Positions 23,129 through 29,594 of a DNA stretch of 39,943 nucleotides are shown here, piece after piece. The stretch is from assembly GCA_022711155.1 (NCBI GenBank), contig JAKLFO010000002.1, positions 1-39,943 on the forward strand, in the 5' to 3' direction. Under the pieces are notes generated by a model. The model had not been told where the DNA came from, ran no database searches, and worked only from the letters and a program-made list of their open reading frames with translations. Numbering within the stretch: the stretch's first letter is position 1; every line of letters begins with the position of its first letter. Position numbers and translations under genes: made by a program. This stretch comes from Candidatus Bipolaricaulota bacterium. GTDB lineage: Bacteria > Bipolaricaulota > Bipolaricaulia > UBA7950 > UBA9294.

Positions 23129-23641
23129 ATGAAACGGGTGCCGGACCTCCTCACGTTGTCGCGTGGCGTCATCGGACTCGCCATCTTCTCCCTCGGCTTC
23201 GTGGGGAAGGCAGCCCTCGAGGCGGTCGTCGTCCTCACAATGATCGGCTGGACGACGGACATCTTCGACGGAAGGCTGGCCCGCAAGTACAACAAGCCTC
23301 CCACGTGGGTCGGCAATCGGGAGTTCCTCTTCGATATGGTCATGGTGTTCTCCGCCCTCTGTTACCTCACGATGGCGGAATACATCGGGCTCGCGATCGC
23401 GCTCCCGTACGTGCTCGTCGCCGCGGCGTGCGTGGCCTTCTTCCGCTCGAAGTCGGTGATGATGTCGTTTGCGTTCCCCGTCGTGGCCTTGCCGCTGTTC
23501 GTGTCGTTCTACGCGGCGCCGCGCGCCGCCCTTCTCTACGGAATCTGGATCGTCGCCGCGCTTGCGCTCGATTGGTCGCGGTTCAAGGGCGTCGTGCGCG
23601 AGTTCATCGCAAACGCCCGCAAGATCGGGCGCCGGACCTAG
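23129..23641 (+). CDS. Small polytopic membrane protein, CDP-alcohol phosphatidyltransferase-like
   Basis: [26 protein letters not shown] resembles D-x2-DG-x2-AR...G-x3-D-x3-D, but the distal part reads G-x2-E-x3-D. Several hydrophobic helices are present. Confidence 0.55.
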   Translation: MKRVPDLLTLSRGVIGLAIFSLGFVGKAALEAVVVLTMIGWTTDIFDGRLARKYNKPPTWVGNREFLFDMVMVFSALCYLTMAEYIGLAIALPYVLVAAACVAFFRSKSVMMSFAFPVVALPLFVSFYAAPRAALLYGIWIVAALALDWSRFKGVVREFIANARKIGRRT

Positions 23642-24642
23642 AGCAGTCTGCCGGTCTGGGTCTTCCCGAGGTGTGCGTAAGCGCGGTCGGTCGCGACGCG
23701 GCCCTGCGGCGTCCGCTGCAGGAAGCCTTCCTTGAGGAGAAACGGCTCGACAACATCGGCGATCGTGTCCTTCTCCTCCGACAGGCAGGCCGCCAGCGTC
23801 TCGAGCCCCACGGGTCCGCCATCGAACTTGTCAACCAGCGCCGAGAGGACGAGACGATCGAGGTCGTCCAGTCCTGCCGAGTCGATCCGCAGCAGGTCGA
23901 GCGCCTTACGCGCCGTGCCAGCGTCGATCGTCCCTTCGCCACGGACCTCGGCGTAGTCGCGCGCTCGGCGCAACAACCTGTTGGCGATGCGTGGCGTGCC
24001 ACGCGCTCGCTTGGCCAATTCGTCCGCCCCCTCGCCGGTGATCGCGACGCCGAGCAGCTTGCCGGACCGCGCGACGATGTCCGTCAACTCGCGGTGCGTG
24101 TAGAACCCGAGGCGGAAGGAGACCTCGAACCGGTCGCGCATCGGCGCCGAGATGAGGCCCGAGCGGGTCGTCGCTCCGACGAGCGTGAACGGCGGTAGGT
24201 CGATGCGCAGAGACTGCGCGTTCGGGCCCTCCCCCAAGACGATGTCGATCTTCCCATCCTCCATCGCGGGGTACAGGATCTCCTCGACGTTGTGGCGAAG
24301 TCGGTGGATCTCGTCGATGAAGAAGACGTCTCGCGGGTGGAGGTTCGTGAGGATCGCGGCGAGATCGCCCGCCTTCTCGATCGCCGGCCCCGAGCTGACG
24401 CGAAACCCGACTCCCATCTCCGCAGCGATGATCTGAGCCAACGTCGTCTTGCCCAGTCCCGGTGGGCCGGAGAGGAGCACGTGATCGAGTCGCTCGTCGC
24501 GACGACGCGCCGCCTCGATGTAGATCCGCAGCTTCTCCTTCACGTCCTCTTGGCCGACGAACTCCGAAAGGGAATGCGGTCGCAACGTCGCAAACGCGGC
24601 GTCTTCCTCGAGCGGTGCCCCGGCGAGATGTTCCGTCCTCAT
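23638..24642 (-). CDS. ruvB: Holliday junction branch migration helicase RuvB
   Basis: [29 protein letters not shown] and the C-terminal winged helix are present. No ruvA or ruvC is adjacent. Confidence 0.95.
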   Translation of the reverse strand: MRTEHLAGAPLEEDAAFATLRPHSLSEFVGQEDVKEKLRIYIEAARRRDERLDHVLLSGPPGLGKTTLAQIIAAEMGVGFRVSSGPAIEKAGDLAAILTNLHPRDVFFIDEIHRLRHNVEEILYPAMEDGKIDIVLGEGPNAQSLRIDLPPFTLVGATTRSGLISAPMRDRFEVSFRLGFYTHRELTDIVARSGKLLGVAITGEGADELAKRARGTPRIANRLLRRARDYAEVRGEGTIDAGTARKALDLLRIDSAGLDDLDRLVLSALVDKFDGGPVGLETLAACLSEEKDTIADVVEPFLLKEGFLQRTPQGRVATDRAYAHLGKTQTGRLL

Positions 24643-24651
24643 CAGAGGCGC

Positions 24652-24681
24652 ATTCTACGAGGCAGGCCGGCGCGTCTCCAA
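24652..24681 (-). promoter_or_regulatory. Putative promoter for ruvB giving a (near) leaderless mRNA: TTGGAG, 18 nt, TAGAAT, 9 nt, ATG
   Basis: Reverse complement of 24676-24681 is TTGGAG and of 24652-24657 is TAGAAT. Only 9 nt separate the -10 from the ATG at 24642, and there is no SD. Confidence 0.45.
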
Positions 24682-24734
24682 GTCGGATGCAGCGCCCTCT
24701 GGCGCGAAGTACGATCCCGCCGGAGCGTGGGCGC

Positions 24735-25652
24735 ATGCGGCATGACGCGGTGGCCATAGGGACGTTTGACGGAGTGCACGTAGGACATCAAAGCCTCCTC
24801 GCGGCGGCGCAGCGCTCTGCGCGCGCCGCGGGCGGCCGGGCCATCGCCTACGCGTTCGACGTGCCCCCGCGCGCGCAGACCGGGCAAGAGGACGCGAGGC
24901 TTCTCCTCGATCCGGCCATGAAGCGCGTGATCCTGGGCGGCTGGGTCGATCGCATCGTCGAGGCGTCGTTCCCCGCAGTGCGCGACGTGAGCGCGGAGTC
25001 GTTCGTCCGGGACGTCCTGCGACGCGACCTCCAGGCGCGGTCCGTCGTCGTCGGAGCGTCGTTCCGGTTCGGGAAGGATCGCTCGGGAGACGTCGCGACG
25101 CTCGTCGATCTCGCCCTCGATGTCGACATCGACGTGGTCATCGTCCCTCCCGTCCTGCGCGACGGAGTCGCGGTGAGCAGCACGCGGATTCGCGACCTCC
25201 TTCTCGCCGGCTCCGTGCCGGAGGCCGCGTCTCTGCTCGGCCGCGCTCCCGCGTTGCGCGGCGCGGTGGTCTCGGGAGACGCGGTCGGGCGAACGCTCGG
25301 GTTTCCGACGGCCAATCTGGCGCTCGACCCGCGCGTCCTCCTTCCGCTCCACGGGGTCTACGTCGCGGCGGCGTTCGTGGGTGGCCGCCGCTACCCCGCG
25401 ATGTGTTACGTCGGCCGTCGACCCACGCTCGCCGGGACCGCCGTGCGGTGCGAGGTGCACCTGCTCGAGTCCCCTACCGCCGAGTTGCGCGGCTTGGTTC
25501 TCGAAACGCACGTGTACCGCCTTCTCCGGCCCGACCGAGCCTTCGCATCGCTCGCCCAACTCCAAGCCCAGATGGAGGACGACCGACGCGCCGCCCTCGC
25601 CGCCTCCGACGCGTGCCTGGAGGCGATGGATCCCCTTCCGTTCGGCGGTTGA
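24735..25652 (+). CDS. ribF: Bifunctional riboflavin kinase / FAD synthetase
   Basis: ATG at 24735 gives MRHDAVAIGTFDGVHVGHQ. GFPTANL and the C-terminal kinase domain are present. Confidence 0.9.
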   Translation: MRHDAVAIGTFDGVHVGHQSLLAAAQRSARAAGGRAIAYAFDVPPRAQTGQEDARLLLDPAMKRVILGGWVDRIVEASFPAVRDVSAESFVRDVLRRDLQARSVVVGASFRFGKDRSGDVATLVDLALDVDIDVVIVPPVLRDGVAVSSTRIRDLLLAGSVPEAASLLGRAPALRGAVVSGDAVGRTLGFPTANLALDPRVLLPLHGVYVAAAFVGGRRYPAMCYVGRRPTLAGTAVRCEVHLLESPTAELRGLVLETHVYRLLRPDRAFASLAQLQAQMEDDRRAALAASDACLEAMDPLPFGG

Positions 25653-25686
25653 AACACCTTCGCCGCTCGCCTACACTACCGCCAGC

Positions 25687-26328
25687 ATGCTGGTCGTCGG
25701 TCTGGATACGTCGGAGTCCCCAGGCGGCGTCGCCCTTCTTGACGAGACGGGGCTCGCGGCGGAACGCGCGCTTCCGGAAGGGCTCCGTCACGCCGAGCAC
25801 CTCCTATCGACGCTCGATGCCCTGCTCGATGCATGCGGGCGCACGCGCGAAGAGATCGGGAGGCTCTGCGTCAACTTGGGTCCTGGGTCGTTCACGGGAC
25901 TCCGCATCGGCCTGTCCGCCGCCAAGGGCATGGCTCAGGCGCGAAAGGCTGAGCTCGTCGGCGTCGACGGGACGCTCGCGTACCGCGAGCGGGCCGGGGA
26001 CGAGCCGCGAGTCTGCGTGATCCTCGCGAGCCGGCGCGACCTCGTGTACGCTCGGTGGTTCTCGGGCGCGCACCCGAGAACGGACACGGTGATGCTTCGC
26101 GACGCCGAGCTCGCGACCAAGTTGCGCCTCGACCGAAGGCCGCTGTGCCTGGTCGGAAGCGCAGCGCAGCGCGTTGCCTCGCAGATCGGCGGCGAGGGCG
26201 GCGCGTTCCTCGGGCCCGAGCAGGCGCTGGCGCCTTCGGCGCTGGCTGTGGCGAGAATGGGCGCCGGCCTACGAGCGGCGCGACTGCATGAGATAGAGCC
26301 GATCTACGTCGAGCCGATTCTGGCGTAG
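25687..26328 (+). CDS. tsaB: tRNA t6A biosynthesis protein TsaB (YeaZ)
   Basis: MLVVGLDTSE.., GPGSFTGLRIGLSAAKG. Confidence 0.85.
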   Translation: MLVVGLDTSESPGGVALLDETGLAAERALPEGLRHAEHLLSTLDALLDACGRTREEIGRLCVNLGPGSFTGLRIGLSAAKGMAQARKAELVGVDGTLAYRERAGDEPRVCVILASRRDLVYARWFSGAHPRTDTVMLRDAELATKLRLDRRPLCLVGSAAQRVASQIGGEGGAFLGPEQALAPSALAVARMGAGLRAARLHEIEPIYVEPILA

Positions 26329-26355
26329 TCGGAAGAGGACGAGAGGTGAGTTCTG

Positions 26356-26547
26356 ATGTCGAGAGTCTGTAGCATCTGCGGCAAGCGCCCCCTCGCGGGG
26401 AACATGGTGAGCCACTCGCTGCGTCACACGCGGCGCGTGCGCGCCCCGAATCTCCAGCGGGTCCATGCCATCATCGACGGTCGTCGTTCGTGGATTCGGG
26501 CCTGCACGCGCTGCATCAAGTCCGGCCGCATCGTCAAGGCGTCGTAG
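26356..26547 (+). CDS. rpmB: 50S ribosomal protein L28 (zinc-ribbon form)
   Basis: MSRVCSICGKRPLAGNMVSHS..R....PNLQ.. with CTRC. Confidence 0.95.
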   Translation: MSRVCSICGKRPLAGNMVSHSLRHTRRVRAPNLQRVHAIIDGRRSWIRACTRCIKSGRIVKAS

Positions 26548-26581
26548 AGGCCGTCCGCTCGGGAACGAAGAAGGGGACCCG

Positions 26582-26998
26582 GTGAACGACAAGGTCACGC
26601 TGTTCGGCGAGGTCATCGACGCCGGCGGGGGACGCATCGAAGTGCGTCTCGACGGCGATGAGGTCGGCGTCCTGCGCGACGGCGTCGAGCCGCTTCCCGT
26701 CGTCGGCCACCGCGGCGAGTTCGTCGTCGAGGGGCGTGCCGCCGATGGGCGGGCGATCGTCGCCCCCGCGCGCCCATCGGGCAACGCGGCCGAGGCCGCG
26801 GCGTTCGACCTCGAGTTCGACCGCCTGCAGAGCGCTCTCGCCGGACGCCCCACCGCCCCGCGCGCGCAACTCCCTCGTACGGCGTCGCGATCGATCCACG
26901 AAGAGCAGATCCGCGACTGGGTACGACGCGTCGACAGCACGCTCTCCCAGTTGCGGAAGCACCGAGCCAAGCGATTGAGCGAGAACGACGAAGCCTAG
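26582..26998 (+). CDS. Hypothetical protein (138 aa)
   Basis: GTG at 26582 follows GAAGGGGA. Codon bias looks coding. The N-terminal ~55 aa has an OB/S1-like beta pattern ([28 protein letters not shown]) and the tail is basic and helical. No confident family. Confidence 0.5.
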   Translation: MNDKVTLFGEVIDAGGGRIEVRLDGDEVGVLRDGVEPLPVVGHRGEFVVEGRAADGRAIVAPARPSGNAAEAAAFDLEFDRLQSALAGRPTAPRAQLPRTASRSIHEEQIRDWVRRVDSTLSQLRKHRAKRLSENDEA

Positions 26999-27008
26999 AG
27001 GAGGTTTC

Positions 27009-27233
27009 ATGCCCCGCGGAGTTGTTGTCGTCGACGTCGAGCGGTGCAAGGGGTGCGGCCTCTGCGTCGCGGCCTGCCCGCAGAAGGTGCTCGCCCAGTC
27101 CGGCACGCTGAACCGGAGCGGCTACGACGTCGTGCACGCGCAGAACCCCGACGCATGCGTCGGGTGTGCGTTCTGCGCCCTCACGTGCCCAGACACCGCC
27201 TTGACCGTCTTCCGAGAGAAGACGGCCCCCTAA
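27009..27233 (+). CDS. 2-oxoacid:ferredoxin oxidoreductase delta subunit (2x[4Fe-4S] ferredoxin)
   Basis: [12 protein letters not shown] and [12 protein letters not shown] are present. GAGGAGG lies upstream. Confidence 0.85.
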   Translation: MPRGVVVVDVERCKGCGLCVAACPQKVLAQSGTLNRSGYDVVHAQNPDACVGCAFCALTCPDTALTVFREKTAP

Positions 27234-27242
27234 GGAGACCCC

Positions 27243-28298
27243 ATGGGAGAACGCAGGCTATTGCGCGGGAACGAGGCAATCGCGGAGTCGGCGATTCGCG
27301 CCGGCTGCCAGTGCTATTTCGCGTATCCGATCACTCCTCAGGGCGAGCTCGTCGAGTACATGGCTCGACACATGCCGCGGCTTGGTCGGACGTTCATCCA
27401 GGCCGAGAGCGAGGTCGCGGCAATCAACATGGTGTACGGAGCGGCCGGCGCGGGCGTCCGCACCATGACGTCCTCGTCTTCGCCCGGGATCTCCCTGAAA
27501 CAGGAGGGAATCTCCTACCTCGCCGGCTCGAACCTCCCGGCCGTCATCGTCAACGTCGTTCGCGGCGGACCCGGCCTCGGCAACATCGCCCCGTCGCAGT
27601 GCGATTACTTCCAGGCGGTGAAGGGCGGCGGCCACGGCGACTACCACATGATCGTCCTCGGCCCGTCGACGGTCCCGGAGGCCGGCGAACTGACGATGCT
27701 GGCGTTCGACTTGGCCGACCGCTACCGGACGCCCGTGATGATCCTCGCCGACGGGCTCCTCGGTCAGATGATGGAGCCTGTCGAGCTGCCCGAACCGATC
27801 GACGTCTCCCAGCTCCCGCCCAAGCCGTGGGCGGCCACCGGAGCACGGGGGCGTGAGCCGAACATCATCCTGAGCTTCGACCTCGGACCCGAGAACCTGA
27901 AAAAGATGAACCTCGATCTCCAGGCGAAGTACGACCTGATCCGCAAGCACGAGGTGCGGTACGAGGAGACGCAGACGGCCGACGCGGAGATCATCGTCGT
28001 CGCCTACGGCACGATCGCGCGCATCGCGAAGACGGCGATCGACATGGCGCGCGCCGAGGGCATTCGGGCCGGCCTGTTCCGCCCGATCACGCTGTGGCCC
28101 TACCCGTACGACGCGCTGCGAGCCGTCGCCGACCGCGTGAAGACCGTGCTGACCGTCGAGATGAGCGCAGGACAGATGTGGGAGGACGTTCGCCTGGCCG
28201 TCGCGGAGCGGGCGAAGACCCCGTTCTACGGCGAGATGGGAGGAATCGTCCCGACCCCCAAAGGGATTCTGAGCGAGGTGAAAAAGCATGCCCGTTGA
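27243..28298 (+). CDS. 2-oxoacid:ferredoxin oxidoreductase alpha subunit
   Basis: The N-terminus is typical (LLRGNEAIAESAIRAGCQCYFAYPITPQ) and the length is 351 aa. The 2-oxoacid substrate (2-oxoglutarate, pyruvate or branched-chain) cannot be decided by eye. Confidence 0.9.
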   Translation: MGERRLLRGNEAIAESAIRAGCQCYFAYPITPQGELVEYMARHMPRLGRTFIQAESEVAAINMVYGAAGAGVRTMTSSSSPGISLKQEGISYLAGSNLPAVIVNVVRGGPGLGNIAPSQCDYFQAVKGGGHGDYHMIVLGPSTVPEAGELTMLAFDLADRYRTPVMILADGLLGQMMEPVELPEPIDVSQLPPKPWAATGARGREPNIILSFDLGPENLKKMNLDLQAKYDLIRKHEVRYEETQTADAEIIVVAYGTIARIAKTAIDMARAEGIRAGLFRPITLWPYPYDALRAVADRVKTVLTVEMSAGQMWEDVRLAVAERAKTPFYGEMGGIVPTPKGILSEVKKHAR

Positions 28299-29049
28299 CA
28301 CCGCTCGCATGACCAAGGTCTTCAGCCGGCCCCAGAGCCTGACGGAGGCGCGGCTCACCTACTGCCCCGGCTGCCACCACGGCATCATCACGCGCATCAT
28401 CGGGCAGACGCTCGATGAGCTCGGCCTGACCGAGCGGACGATCGGCATCGCGCCCGTGGGCTGCGCGGTGTTCGCTTACCTGTGGTACCGCTGCGACGCT
28501 CTGCAGGTCGCGCACGGGCGCGCGAGCGCGGTGGCGACGGGCGTCAAGCGAGCGCGCCCCGATCGCATCGTGTTCTCGTACCAGGGCGACGGCGACTTCG
28601 CCAGCATCGGCACGGCGGAATCGATCCACGCCGCGAACCGCGGCGAGAACATCACAGTCATCTTCGTGAACAACCAGATCTACGGCATGACCGGCGGGGA
28701 GATGGCCCCGACCACGCTCGTCGACCAGCGGACCACGACCACGCCCGAAGGAAGGGACCCGTTGCTCTGCGGGTACCCGATTCGGTTCTCCGAGCTCATC
28801 GCGCAGCTCGAGGCGCCCGTCTACGTAACGCGCCAGGCGCTGTACGACACGCGACACATCATGGATTGCACGAAGGCGATCAAGAAGGCTTTCCAGAACC
28901 AGGTCGACGGCAGGGGATACTCCCTCGTGGAGGTCCTGGCGACGTGCCCGACCAACTGGCACATGTCGCCCGTGCAGGCGAACCAGCACGTGGCGAACAC
29001 GGTCACGAAGGTCTTCCCGCTCGGCGATCTCGTGAACAAGGGGGCGTGA
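28288..29049 (+). CDS. 2-oxoacid:ferredoxin oxidoreductase beta subunit (TPP-binding)
   Basis: YCPGCHHG and the TPP motif GDGDFASIG...VNNQIYGMTGG are present. Confidence 0.9.
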   Translation: MPVDTARMTKVFSRPQSLTEARLTYCPGCHHGIITRIIGQTLDELGLTERTIGIAPVGCAVFAYLWYRCDALQVAHGRASAVATGVKRARPDRIVFSYQGDGDFASIGTAESIHAANRGENITVIFVNNQIYGMTGGEMAPTTLVDQRTTTTPEGRDPLLCGYPIRFSELIAQLEAPVYVTRQALYDTRHIMDCTKAIKKAFQNQVDGRGYSLVEVLATCPTNWHMSPVQANQHVANTVTKVFPLGDLVNKGA

Positions 29050-29588
29050 TGGAGCGTTCGGTCGTCATTGCCGGATTCGGCGGACAAGGCGTGATCCTCG
29101 CGGGCAAGATCCTCGCCCAGGCGGGAATGAGCCATGGACTCGAGGTCACTTGGCTCCCCTCCTACGGACCGGAGATGCGGGGAGGGACCGCCAACTGCAC
29201 CGTGATCCTCTCGGACCGCACGATCGGCTCGCCCATCGTGGACAACCCGACTGCGGTGATCGCCCTCAACCTCCCGTCCCTCGACAAGTTCGAGCCGACT
29301 GTCGCGCCCAAAGGAATCCTCGTCGTGAACGGCTCGCTCATCGGGCGCAAGGTGGAGCGAACGGACGTCCAGGCCCACGTCGTGCCGATCAACGAGATCG
29401 CGACGAAAGTCGGGAACTCGCGAACGGTGAACATGGTCGCCTTAGGCGCCTACGTCAAGGCGACGGGCGCCGTTCCGCTCGAGGTCGTCAAGCGGACGAT
29501 GGCCGAGGCGATGCGCGAGGGCGGCAAGGAGAAGCTCGTCGAGCTCAACGAGCGGGCCCTGGACGCTGGATACGCGGCGCTCCCGTAA
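29049..29588 (+). CDS. 2-oxoacid:ferredoxin oxidoreductase gamma subunit
   Basis: The internal ATG at 29049 gives MERSVVIAGFGGQGVILAGKIL.., SYGPEMRGG. It overlaps the beta subunit stop (TGATG). The delta-alpha-beta-gamma gene order matches the OorDABC type. Confidence 0.9.
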   Translation: MERSVVIAGFGGQGVILAGKILAQAGMSHGLEVTWLPSYGPEMRGGTANCTVILSDRTIGSPIVDNPTAVIALNLPSLDKFEPTVAPKGILVVNGSLIGRKVERTDVQAHVVPINEIATKVGNSRTVNMVALGAYVKATGAVPLEVVKRTMAEAMREGGKEKLVELNERALDAGYAALP

Positions 29589-29594
29589 GCCGCG

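Noticed and set aside
27009-29588. Assigning the four-subunit oxidoreductase specifically as 2-oxoglutarate (Kor/Oor), pyruvate (Por) or branched-chain (Vor) enzyme.
   Set aside because: Subunit motifs and the delta-alpha-beta-gamma order identify the family, but substrate specificity cannot be read by eye. Gene symbols are therefore left blank.
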